A stretch of 33,706 bases of DNA. Origin: a virus (Duplodnaviria > Heunggongvirae > Uroviricota > Caudoviricetes). The stretch is taken from the IMG/VR virus record IMGVR_UViG_3300014886_000120; one strand, written 5' to 3'. The notes under the pieces are model-generated. The model searched no databases. It saw only the letters and a program-made list of their open reading frames with translations, and had not been told where the DNA came from. This document shows, in pieces, positions 9,480 through 18,317 of this stretch. Position 1 is the stretch's first letter. Each line of letters begins with the position of its first letter. Position numbers and translations under genes: made by a program.

Positions 9480-11600
9480 TCATAGTCTTCCTCCTGTTCT
9501 ACTCCTTATAGAACGCATCATTTCTCTCCTTATAGTCTTAGCTGTCGTTTCTATGTCTCCCTCTTCTCTAATGTACCATGGCCCATTGATCACTATGTTG
9601 AATGATGGACTGGCTGACACAGCTCTCTCTAGATGAGGAGCTATCTCTACGGGAGGAGGACTAATCCTAACTGTGTGTCTTAAGTCCCGGAGCTGTTCTC
9701 CAGTAAATGGTTCTCCAACCTGTTTAATCCTCTGTACTATGTCTATCTCCTTAGCACTTGGCATCTCCTTTAATTCGTCAGCTAGACTGGATGCTGAATC
9801 TCTGGTAACTTCAAGAGAGTCAACTAAGGAATGTCCAGTAAGCTCTTCCTCTAGTTCTTTAGCTTGTCTTTTCATAGCTGTCATTTGCTGGGACACCATT
9901 AGCTGGGTCATAGCAAATGAAGCTAGGATGCCTATTCCAAAGGTGAGAACTCCTATAAGGAACTGGGTGGCTGTAGCTGCAAGGAGTGATGCAGCTGCAT
10001 GTGCATTGGCAGCTCCAGCAGCTGTATAATGAGCCAGAGCCTTCTGGTAAATCCATCCAGTTATTGTTTTCAACAAAGGTATCTCCATCATTGTAGTAGC
10101 CAGGTTCATTTTGTCAGCTATGTCTGACATAATCCTGGCATGTGTCTTAGTGGTTATGGCAGCTGTCTCTTCACGGTCTATAGCTATTTTTGAAGCCTGG
10201 ACTCCCATAGCTCGAGCCTGAGCTTCAGTTTGCCTATCTATCGAAGATGCCTCAGCAAAATTAGCTGCAACCTTAAGTAGCTGGGCTGAAACAGCTTCTT
10301 GGGTCGAAGCTACGGTCAGCTTCTGAGCTAGGTTCATTTTTACCATGAAGTCAGTTATAGCTTGACCAGTCCTCAGCATGCTTGGCATCATTCCAAATAC
10401 TAGCATTGCCCATGCATACTGCTGCTGCAATAGTGAGTTCCTTACACTCTGGAGTCTCTCCTGTAGAGCCATCTCAGCTTCCCTCAGACGTATGGTAGCA
10501 TCTATGGCCTCCTTGCTTCCCCTACCGTACTCAAAGATGGTCTCTTGCAGATCTTCTTGAGCTTCCCTTATCCTCATATGAGCTCTAGCCAGCAAGTATG
10601 CTCCTCTTTGTGCCTGTATTTGCCTAGCCTGGAGTCTGGCTAGCGACATGCTAGTAAACATCATACCCAGTCCAGTCCAGAAAATCTCTCTGGTAAATAC
10701 TCTTACTGCCTGTCCAGTAGGTCCCAGTAAAGCATAGAATCTCCTTTGAACCTCAGCCATTTCTCTTAGTCGGGTAGTAACTACTCTGGATGAGACACTT
10801 AAGTCTGTCAATAGAACGTTAGCATACTCTTGAGCTGCCCTTGTAGCTTCAGCCTGGCTTACACCTTGGTCTATAAGGTCTTGTCTATACTGTATTAGGA
10901 TTGGATGTGAAGAAGCTAAGATCTTAGCTAGCTGTTGCTGTACATCTGCCTCCATGTAGACATAATTTGTCATTTGCTTGGTAATCTCAGAAGCTGTCTC
11001 GGTAGCTAGTGCTACCCTATACAGTCCTCTGGAAGACTTACCTAAGAAACCAAGTAAGGCTCTAGACAACATCTCTTCCTGGGAAAGCTTTATCTCCTTA
11101 GCTTCCTCTGCAAGCTCTTTACCACTGTCTACCACTTCTTCAAACCTTAGACCTAGTTGAGCTGCCATAGCAGCTGAGTATTTCTCGAGCTGAGCTAATC
11201 TCAGCAATAACGGTAAGTTCTGCCCTATTTCATACCTTAGTTCCGATCTTATTTCTCTGGCTTCCTTTGTAGCTTGAGTAGCCATTATCAACCTGTCTAC
11301 TAGGATTCTGGTTGAATAGCTGAGTCTGTCTACTGCTCTGGCCTCTGCATCAGCTACTTCAACAGCTCCTTTCTGTTCATCTGTACGTTCCCTTATCTGG
11401 GCCTTAAGAGTCTTTTCTTTTTCTATAGCTTCATCTACTACTTCTCTACCTACTATGGTGTCTCCAATCTGGATTATCCTTCCTCTTGGTGGAGCCTCCA
11501 TGGCCTTCTTTAGGGTATTTAGCTTTTCCACTGCTTGATCAAGCTTCTGTAGTGCTCCCTCATCTACCAGACTTAGCTTGATTACTATAGGTACACTCAT
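9480..11600 (-). CDS. Tape measure protein (706 aa)
   Basis: Ala/Gln/Glu/Arg-rich helical sequence with a few hydrophobic segments; follows the frameshifted chaperone; C-terminal FNIVING motif typical of TMP ends. Confidence 0.85.
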   Translation of the reverse strand: MSVPIVIKLSLVDEGALQKLDQAVEKLNTLKKAMEAPPRGRIIQIGDTIVGREVVDEAIEKEKTLKAQIRERTDEQKGAVEVADAEARAVDRLSYSTRILVDRLIMATQATKEAREIRSELRYEIGQNLPLLLRLAQLEKYSAAMAAQLGLRFEEVVDSGKELAEEAKEIKLSQEEMLSRALLGFLGKSSRGLYRVALATETASEITKQMTNYVYMEADVQQQLAKILASSHPILIQYRQDLIDQGVSQAEATRAAQEYANVLLTDLSVSSRVVTTRLREMAEVQRRFYALLGPTGQAVRVFTREIFWTGLGMMFTSMSLARLQARQIQAQRGAYLLARAHMRIREAQEDLQETIFEYGRGSKEAIDATIRLREAEMALQERLQSVRNSLLQQQYAWAMLVFGMMPSMLRTGQAITDFMVKMNLAQKLTVASTQEAVSAQLLKVAANFAEASSIDRQTEAQARAMGVQASKIAIDREETAAITTKTHARIMSDIADKMNLATTMMEIPLLKTITGWIYQKALAHYTAAGAANAHAAASLLAATATQFLIGVLTFGIGILASFAMTQLMVSQQMTAMKRQAKELEEELTGHSLVDSLEVTRDSASSLADELKEMPSAKEIDIVQRIKQVGEPFTGEQLRDLRHTVRISPPPVEIAPHLERAVSASPSFNIVINGPWYIREEGDIETTAKTIRREMMRSIRSRTGGRL

Positions 11601-11604
11601 CTAA

Positions 11605-12197
11605 TCATCTCCTTCTCCTTATCCTACTTCTAGCTCCAAATACCTTCCTAGCTGTTCTCTCAAGCTTATAGCCCTCATGTCCTCTCTGTTCTCTAGCTAG
11701 CATCACAGACAACCAGAGTCTCTGTAGATCAGTGAAGCTCTTGTATATTTCAGCTGCCTTCTTGAAGTCAAAGGCATTAGCTTTCAGTATGTAATAGAAC
11801 TCTATTGATTGCTTGCCTTCTTCTGTCCTAAAAAATCCTGTATCTCTTTGGCTCTCTGTTGAGCTAGTCTCTGTAGCCTATTGGTATAATCAGCTACTAC
11901 TGCACTCAACACATTGGCAAGCTTTAGACTGTTGGCTTTATAGTAGTTTTCCACCGTTAGCTTAGGTTCAACTATCATCTTTAAAGCTATGAAGTCCATG
12001 ATAAGTCCATTCCTGTCCTCTTGAGTCATGTCCTTCCATCTTGGATCCTTTCTAGCCTGCATTATAGCATCTATCCTGTCCTGGGTAGTTGGATCTCTCA
12101 CCTTAATCCTTCTTACCCCTTTCTCAGTCCTTACTGTTATCTCCCTAGGAGGATTGTCAAGTATATAAGCTAGGGTTATCAAGGGTTCCTCTGACAT
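11605..12197 (-). CDS. Tail assembly chaperone, long -1 frameshift form (gpGT analogue, about 197 aa, ...QDF(F/L)RTEEGKQSIEFYYILK...RIRRRR)
   Basis: The -1 frame is open for 74 codons from 11829 to TGA at 11607-11605, ending 4 nt before the TMP ATG; it lacks its own RBS and start near its beginning. Confidence 0.8.
11802..12197 (-). CDS. Tail assembly chaperone, short form (lambda gpG analogue)
   Basis: Lies between tail tube and tape measure; GGAGGTGA RBS; slippery site near the 3' end. Confidence 0.85.
   Translation of the reverse strand: MSEEPLITLAYILDNPPREITVRTEKGVRRIKVRDPTTQDRIDAIMQARKDPRWKDMTQEDRNGLIMDFIALKMIVEPKLTVENYYKANSLKLANVLSAVVADYTNRLQRLAQQRAKEIQDFLGQKKASNQ
11829..11835 (-). 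promoter_or_regulatory. -1 programmed ribosomal frameshift heptamer T TTT TTA
   Basis: CAG GAT TTT TTA GGA on the - strand fits X XXY YYZ in the correct frame. Confidence 0.8.
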
Positions 12198-12210
12198 TTA
12201 AGTTCACCTC

Positions 12211-13173
12211 CTAATAGGCTAGAGCATTGAGTGAGCTTGAAGACACTTCCACTATCTGGATGGCATTAGCTGAAGAACTTGACCTAGCTGTGAATGGAAG
12301 CTCTATCTCTATAGGTTCAAGCCCAGATATCTCGTCAGGTAGCTCACCAAAGGTAACATTGTTCAGAGTGATAGTTATAGTGGAACCAGTCTTAGCCAAT
12401 GTTATCTGTATAGTATTGTCTTGTCTTCCCTTAACTGTACTAGCTATGGTATTGAACTGTCCCCTCATAGTGATTCTACCTTCAACTTCTAAGGCTCCTT
12501 CTCTCAGTTCCACCGGATAGTATGTACCAGCTCCAGTTGAATACATAGCCTCAAGGTTATTGTTAGTTGACACCACTATTCTTCCTACCAGTGTACATGG
12601 TATCGTACCACTGGAGTTAGTTATCTGGAGAGATGAATGATGGAATGCAAAGGCTTCCTGGCTAAAGTCTATACTAGGCTTAGGTAGGTTTCCAGTAACA
12701 GGTAGCACTGCCATATTCTTACCAGCAAAGTTTAGCTCTAGTCTCACATCTCCAGTATCCTCTATGGTTAGCTCAGCTGTATCAACCTTCATTCCGTAGT
12801 ATTCCAAGCTAACAGTGTTCCCATTCTCATCTGGAGCTAAGCCTCTGTAGATGGTCATTGATGGAACCTTTGAAGCTACTGCATAAGTAGATTCATATGG
12901 GGAAGTAGTACTGGCTGTAGAGACGGTACCAAGAATGTACTCAAATATTTTAGCTGATACAAGTTCCTGAACCCATCTTCCTACTACTCCTTCCTCTAAC
13001 CATACAACCTTCCTGAAGTCTCTGGAGCCTCCTATTACATCTTCTTCAGACTTGTTCTCAGTGGTAGTAGCTGACCATTCCAGCAAGTAGTTTGGGAAAG
13101 TATCTGGAGTGATAGATTGACCCCATACGTTCTCTTTCTTGAAGAGTATCCATCTATCCTGATAATATGACAT
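12211..13173 (-). CDS. Major tail (tube) protein, 320 aa
   Basis: First gene of the tail operon; GGAGGT RBS; motifs KEN.WG, PSMTIYRG, Y.GMKVD.AEL, L.LNFAG, NNNLE, G.LEVEGRIT, IELPFTA typical of siphovirus tube proteins. Confidence 0.85.
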   Translation of the reverse strand: MSYYQDRWILFKKENVWGQSITPDTFPNYLLEWSATTTENKSEEDVIGGSRDFRKVVWLEEGVVGRWVQELVSAKIFEYILGTVSTASTTSPYESTYAVASKVPSMTIYRGLAPDENGNTVSLEYYGMKVDTAELTIEDTGDVRLELNFAGKNMAVLPVTGNLPKPSIDFSQEAFAFHHSSLQITNSSGTIPCTLVGRIVVSTNNNLEAMYSTGAGTYYPVELREGALEVEGRITMRGQFNTIASTVKGRQDNTIQITLAKTGSTITITLNNVTFGELPDEISGLEPIEIELPFTARSSSSANAIQIVEVSSSSLNALAY

Positions 13174-13218
13174 TCTTCTTTCCTACCTCCCATACCCCTA
13201 TATGGTTTATTGAAATAT

Positions 13219-13236
13219 CTCCTCTACTTAGAGGAG
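13219..13236. promoter_or_regulatory. Inverted repeat CTCCTCT-ACTT-AGAGGAG in the divergent intergenic region (operator or leader hairpin)
   Basis: Perfect 7-bp arms with imperfect flanking extension (aata/tatt). Confidence 0.45.
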
Positions 13237-13257
13237 TATTCATGTATTATACCATGG

Positions 13258-13274
13258 GAAAGGATATAAAGCTT
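13258..13274. promoter_or_regulatory. Candidate overlapping divergent TATA box (+: GAAAGGATATAAAG; -: AAGCTTTATAT)
   Basis: AT-rich core with a purine-rich BRE-like flank, in the only divergent intergenic region. Confidence 0.45.
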
Positions 13275-13302
13275 ACCTAGCTTCTTAATATCACAAGAGG
13301 TA

Positions 13303-13464
13303 ATGAAGTTGAGTAACATAGATGAGATTAGGGAAATACTGGAAGAGATGAGATACCACAAGGAGAAGTACTATGAGCTGCTTAGAAGAGTTATAGCATT
13401 GTCAAAGGACATACCTAACTTCCGTATAGACCTGGACACTCTGGAAATAATAGAAAATAAATAG
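13303..13464 (+). CDS. Small helical protein, 53 aa (MKLSNIDEIREILEEMRYHKEKYYELLRRVIALSKDIPNFRIDLDTLEIIENK); start may be TTG 13309; not in the ORF track
   Basis: GAGGT RBS at 13297-13301; open frame to TAG 13462-13464. Confidence 0.65.
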   Translation: MKLSNIDEIREILEEMRYHKEKYYELLRRVIALSKDIPNFRIDLDTLEIIENK

Positions 13465-13502
13465 GACATTAAACACTTAAAGTATTAAAGGAGGTAAAGA
13501 AC

Positions 13503-16500
13503 ATTCTAATCAAGTTTCTAGGTACAAGAGGATACGTAGATACTAGCTCCAGGACACACAAGAATAGGGCTTCCATAATAGTCACATCCATGGATACTTC
13601 ACTTCTAATAGACTTTGGAGACCTTTATTCTCCAGAACAGTTCCCGGAAGTTAGTAATCTTCTGATAACCCATAAACATCCAGACCATATTGGTGGAATA
13701 TTGAAAGATGAGTTCAAGGAAAAGAAGGAACTGTATGATCATGTCAGTCTTTACCTATCTAATCAAGCTTATGTCAAGGAGCTGCCGTCATTCCTTAAAG
13801 TTACTAAGTTCAAGAGAAGAGACAGCTTTAAGATAGGAAGCTTCAATATCACAAGTGTTCCAGTCTTACATAGTGTCAAAGCTCCAAACGTAGCTTTGTT
13901 CATAAGTGATAACAAACACAAGATATGCTATTGTTCAGATGTAGTAAGCATCAGGAAAGCTGATAGAGACAAGTATCTGAAGGGATGTAGTGTCTTTATA
14001 GGGGACCTAAGTACTCACAAGAAGGGTGGTTTAATAAGGAAAGCTAAACATGATGAAGGTACCTTGATAGGACATGCAGATATTAGAACTCAGCTAGCCT
14101 GGTGTAGGGATGCTGGGGTTCCAGTCTGTATCTTCACTCATCTTGGGACTGATCCTATTGAGCTAGGAGATGGAAAGCTTAAAGATTTATTATCCACATT
14201 AGAAAATAAATATGGGGTAAAGATAATTATAGCTAAAGATGGAGACAAGTATGACATAGAGGATTTGGTGAATATGTCAGAAAGAGAGTTATTAAGGGAA
14301 GAGCTTCAGCTTAAACCAGAAGATGTAGAACCTATAACCCCTAAGGCTTTTCCAAAGACCCCAGAGTATGGATTAATCCTTGTAGCTCCACATCCAGAAC
14401 TGATATGGAAGGGAGAAAAGACAGCTATTGTAAAGTCTGTTAAGCTAAAGTCACATATCAATGAGCCTCTATATCTCTTGGATATAAAGAACAAGCTGTG
14501 CTATGGTATCATTCAGCTCAAGGAACCAGTGGAAATATCCAGAGAAGATTTCATCAAGAGATATGATGAGCATAGAGTCAGTGAAGAAGAAAGAAAGAGA
14601 TGGGCTAAGAAAGAACCTAGCTGGAACAAGTTCCCCTTATACCTATACGAGTTCTTCTTTACCAAGTTTGAAGCTCCAAAGCCCATAAGAGTGAAGGTCA
14701 AGGGACCACAGATATTCATCAAAGCTTCCAATATCGAGTTCTTATCTCCTAAGCTTATGACGATGGAAGAGCTAGAGTATTTCCATAGCTATTATCATTC
14801 TTGTGGAGAGCTACTTTCACCATGTTGCAAAGAGCATTATGTCATAGCTTTGGAAATGTTGAATAGAGGTATTCCCCATCTATCTAGAACTCCATGTGAT
14901 AGACCGATAGAGCTTATCACCAAGGAAACTGCAGAATACATCAGAAACATCAAGGATGTAGAAGACCGTCCATTAGGAGATGACTTCAGGATAGTATTAG
15001 CTTGGTACTCGTCCATTAGAAGAGGAAAGAAGCTGAAACGAAAGGATGGTACACCTATAACTATAGAAGATTGTAGAAAGCTTGGTCTGGCTATAGTTAA
15101 GGAAATGATAAGGAGACATAAAGAGTACGAGAAGAAAGGTATCACCAAGTTTACATTCAACAAGCCGGAAACATACAAGAAATATGCCAGGGAACTGTTT
15201 GAGTGGATAATCAAGCAGATAGGGAAGGACAACATACCATGGAAAGAAGAGAAAGAACTGAACTATATCTCTCAGATATACTCTGTACTACCTGCTGGTA
15301 TGAGGATAGAAGACATAGATCCTCCTTACGTTATAGGACTGACAGATGAAGAGCTTATCAAGCTATGGGAGTTCCTGGTTGACAAGGCAAATGAAAGCGC
15401 TAGTTCACCAGAAACGATACCAGAGAACATCCATGATGCTGGAGTATTTGTAGGGATTGAGCTCTACAAGAGAGGCTTGTGGGATGATGTAAAAGGTGAC
15501 AATATCCTTACTAAAGCTGTAGAGCTTGAGGTTTCTGAATATCCAACTCCTAAGGGCTTGTTCTTTTCTGAAGCTGAAGAATCAGAAGCTATCTATCCTG
15601 AGCCAGAGGGAGAATACATCAAGCTGGAAGATGTACTGAAAGCTTTACCTCCTCATTTGATAGTTAAGGGAGAACCTTATGGGGCCTATCTTACTGGAAG
15701 AATAGTGAATGAGGGAAGGATACCAAAAGATCATGACATAGATTTACTGTTTAGACAGCTGCCTGATCCTAGGATAGTTGAAGCTGTAAAAAACCTGAAG
15801 CCTGAATGGTTAGCTAGGAGGATACACCCAGTCTTTGATCCATTTGGTCCATACATAGGATACAGCCTAAACGTCTATAGATATGGCTTCTTTAAGCTAC
15901 CTGACAATCTTATGATCAGAGACTTTGGTCCATACAGGTTTGAGAAGCTAGCTAAAGAAATCAAAGTAGGAAAGCCTATGATAGGTGTAAAACCACGTAG
16001 TGGCTTTGGTAAGTTTGAATTCTGGGATCCAGAGGAAATGTACAGGGAGTGGGCATCAAAATACTTAGAGGATGGGATATTCGTACAAGAGAAAGTAGAT
16101 GGAAGACGTATGCAGCTGCATGTAGACAAGGCAAAGAAGCTGGTTAAGATAATCACAGAGGACAGACAGAGAGACAGAGCTAGCCAGTTTCCAAACATAG
16201 TAAAAGAAATCATGGATAAGCTCAATTGTGAGAGCTGCATACTTGATGGAGAGATGGTAGCTTTTGAGATACCTCCTAACAAGGTGGTTAAGTCTGCCAA
16301 GCTCAAGAGACAGATGGATCTTATGGAAAGAGAAGACACTGCAGCTATAACTGTCGGAAAGGTTCCTCCAGAGCTTGAGGACAGAATAGTGTATGTTTTC
16401 TACGATATTATGTACCTGGATGGTAAGCCTGTAGTAGACTTGCCATATTCTGAAAGGTTCAAGCTGTTAAAGAAAGTGGTTCCCAGAGATGCTCGTTATC

Positions 16501-18317
16501 TGGACTTGGTAAGAAGTATATTTACAGATACACCTGGAGAATTCTTAAGAGCTGTGGAAAAGATGAGAAGAGCTCCTGGTTCAGAGGGTGTAGTAGCCAA
16601 AGCAGCTACCATGAAGTACCCAGTAAAGTATAAGGGAGAAAACAGAAGTGACGAGATGTGCATCACTGGAGGAAGCTATATTCTTACAGAGGAAGGTTTC
16701 AAGAAGGTATGTAACCTTAAAGTTGGAGACCTAGTATTTGCAAAAGATGGTAAATTACATAGAGTGCTAAGAATATTGAAGCGTTTGGTTGGTAGTGAAG
16801 AGAAGCTTTATGATGTCAGAAGCAAAAACCCAGGAGGTATAAAAGTGAGGTTAACAGGAGATCACAGAGTTATGACTAGAGAGGGATGGGAAAGAGCTGA
16901 AAATATTAACAATAAGCTGGGAGTCCCTATAAGAATTAGCCTTCCAGAAGAACCATACCCCAAGCGTCTTGAGCTAGAGTGGCATGGATATAAGAAAATT
17001 ATTAAGTGTACAGATGATTTCTGGAAATTTATTGGTTTTTGGTTAGCTGAGGGAAGCTTAGGAAATAATAGATGCAAGAGCTATAAGAGAGGAGAACTAA
17101 CATTCTCTCAAAAAGATCCAAAAGTCTTTGAATACTATGCTGACCTAGCTGATAAGCTTTTAGGTGTTAAAGGGAAGAGATATCAGTATAACGGAATCAA
17201 TATCTATATAGTATGGGATAAGCCTTTCTGTGATTGGCTATCTAGACATTTCTTAGATAGAAATGATGATAAGACTATACCCTGGTTTATAGGAAGCTTG
17301 CCAGAATCCTCGTTTAATGCATTATGGAATGGCTATAGAGATGGAGATAGATGTCATAAGTTCTCAGATGATATAATTACTTCAGATCCATCCTTAGCTG
17401 GTAGAATGTATGCTATCTTGCTTCATAGAAACGAGACAGTCAGTGTGGTATGGAGAAAGACTAGGAAGAGAAATTCCTTTATTATTAGAAGGTTAAAACG
17501 GCCAATAACTTCCTATAGAATAGAAGCTAAAAGAGTCTATACTGATAAGAAAGACTGGGTATATGATATTGAAGTGGAAGGAGAGGAGTCTTTCTTATCT
17601 GGCAATATAGTACTACATAATTGTAAGCTCAAGAACCTTAAAGAGATAGATGTCATGGTATGGGATGTAATAGAAAAGAAACGTAAAGAGACTGGAGAAC
17701 CCCTAGGGAGCTACATGTATATCTCAGTATATCTTATCCCAGAAGAGAAGGTTGATGACTTTCCTAAGAACAAGGTGGTAGAGTACAAGGGAAAACACTA
17801 TGCCATCATAGGTAGAACTTATGCTACTAACGTCAAGTGTAAGAGAGGTGACATCATAACAGTCATGCCTATCAGGATAAGGAGATATGAGAGTAAAGAA
17901 GGCAAGTATTTCTATACCTGGATGTTCCCTTACTTCAAAGAAAAGAGATCAGACAAAAAAGACCCAGACACACTTACTACTGTAGAGAGAATAGCTAAGC
18001 TTGGTACAAGACCAGCCAAGCTTACTGAGACACTTGAAGAGACTATTGTGGTTAAGCTGCCTATCTGTGAGTTCAGTGAATACCCAGAGATATGTCCCCT
18101 AAAGAAGATATTTGGTAAGCCAAGGTACCATGAACTTACTATCTTGAAGATTGAACACCTTAGGTTCCCGGTAGCTTGCCCATTAGCTAATATCAGAAGA
18201 TGTGTATTCCTAAAAGATTATTACTATGGGTTTAAAACTTACAAGAGAGGAAAGCTATCTAATCTGGATGGTGAATCTAACATTATAGTAGTAGGAGATG
18301 AAGAGTATGAAGATTAG
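13503..18317 (+). CDS. Multidomain protein (~1604 aa): MBL-fold hydrolase, ASCH-like domain, His/helical domains, minimal nucleotidyltransferase, ATP-dependent DNA ligase (adenylation + OB) with intein, Cys-rich tail
   Basis: MBL HKHPDH at 13671-13688 plus downstream H, D, H, H motifs; ASCH-like GLILVAPHPELIWKGEKTAIVKS; NTase LTGRIVNEG...DIDLL; ligase motifs EKVDGRR, LDGEM, FYDIMY, EGVVAK, (M)CKLK and FPYFKEKRSDK. Start placed at ATT 13503 (see findings); ORF track start is ATG 13590. Confidence 0.85.
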   Translation: MLIKFLGTRGYVDTSSRTHKNRASIIVTSMDTSLLIDFGDLYSPEQFPEVSNLLITHKHPDHIGGILKDEFKEKKELYDHVSLYLSNQAYVKELPSFLKVTKFKRRDSFKIGSFNITSVPVLHSVKAPNVALFISDNKHKICYCSDVVSIRKADRDKYLKGCSVFIGDLSTHKKGGLIRKAKHDEGTLIGHADIRTQLAWCRDAGVPVCIFTHLGTDPIELGDGKLKDLLSTLENKYGVKIIIAKDGDKYDIEDLVNMSERELLREELQLKPEDVEPITPKAFPKTPEYGLILVAPHPELIWKGEKTAIVKSVKLKSHINEPLYLLDIKNKLCYGIIQLKEPVEISREDFIKRYDEHRVSEEERKRWAKKEPSWNKFPLYLYEFFFTKFEAPKPIRVKVKGPQIFIKASNIEFLSPKLMTMEELEYFHSYYHSCGELLSPCCKEHYVIALEMLNRGIPHLSRTPCDRPIELITKETAEYIRNIKDVEDRPLGDDFRIVLAWYSSIRRGKKLKRKDGTPITIEDCRKLGLAIVKEMIRRHKEYEKKGITKFTFNKPETYKKYARELFEWIIKQIGKDNIPWKEEKELNYISQIYSVLPAGMRIEDIDPPYVIGLTDEELIKLWEFLVDKANESASSPETIPENIHDAGVFVGIELYKRGLWDDVKGDNILTKAVELEVSEYPTPKGLFFSEAEESEAIYPEPEGEYIKLEDVLKALPPHLIVKGEPYGAYLTGRIVNEGRIPKDHDIDLLFRQLPDPRIVEAVKNLKPEWLARRIHPVFDPFGPYIGYSLNVYRYGFFKLPDNLMIRDFGPYRFEKLAKEIKVGKPMIGVKPRSGFGKFEFWDPEEMYREWASKYLEDGIFVQEKVDGRRMQLHVDKAKKLVKIITEDRQRDRASQFPNIVKEIMDKLNCESCILDGEMVAFEIPPNKVVKSAKLKRQMDLMEREDTAAITVGKVPPELEDRIVYVFYDIMYLDGKPVVDLPYSERFKLLKKVVPRDARYLDLVRSIFTDTPGEFLRAVEKMRRAPGSEGVVAKAATMKYPVKYKGENRSDEMCITGGSYILTEEGFKKVCNLKVGDLVFAKDGKLHRVLRILKRLVGSEEKLYDVRSKNPGGIKVRLTGDHRVMTREGWERAENINNKLGVPIRISLPEEPYPKRLELEWHGYKKIIKCTDDFWKFIGFWLAEGSLGNNRCKSYKRGELTFSQKDPKVFEYYADLADKLLGVKGKRYQYNGINIYIVWDKPFCDWLSRHFLDRNDDKTIPWFIGSLPESSFNALWNGYRDGDRCHKFSDDIITSDPSLAGRMYAILLHRNETVSVVWRKTRKRNSFIIRRLKRPITSYRIEAKRVYTDKKDWVYDIEVEGEESFLSGNIVLHNCKLKNLKEIDVMVWDVIEKKRKETGEPLGSYMYISVYLIPEEKVDDFPKNKVVEYKGKHYAIIGRTYATNVKCKRGDIITVMPIRIRRYESKEGKYFYTWMFPYFKEKRSDKKDPDTLTTVERIAKLGTRPAKLTETLEETIVVKLPICEFSEYPEICPLKKIFGKPRYHELTILKIEHLRFPVACPLANIRRCVFLKDYYYGFKTYKRGKLSNLDGESNIIVVGDEEYED
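16659..17621 (+). mobile_element. Intein with LAGLIDADG endonuclease (321 aa) in ligase motif V
   Basis: N-terminus CITGGSYILT, C-terminus VYDIEVEG...VLHN followed by +1 Cys; LAGLIDADG-like FIGFWLAEG and LWNGYRDGD; splicing restores RSDEM-CKLK. Confidence 0.92.

Noticed and set aside
131-12520. Plus-strand ORFs and short nested ORFs over the tail operon (e.g. 131-457, 5404-5769, 7184-7492, 9673-10029, 12227-12520)
   Set aside because: Fully overlap longer motif-bearing minus-strand genes; no RBS or recognisable domains.
13590-14260. MBL domain as a beta-lactamase (antibiotic resistance)
   Set aside because: The HxHxDH fold is shared by many hydrolases. The motif layout and fusion context fit nuclease or phosphodiesterase subfamilies.
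18298-18317. Frameshift fusing the ligase protein to the PE protein
   Set aside because: The 20-nt overlap has its own GGAG RBS and ATG codons, and there is no slippery heptamer; ordinary translational coupling suffices.
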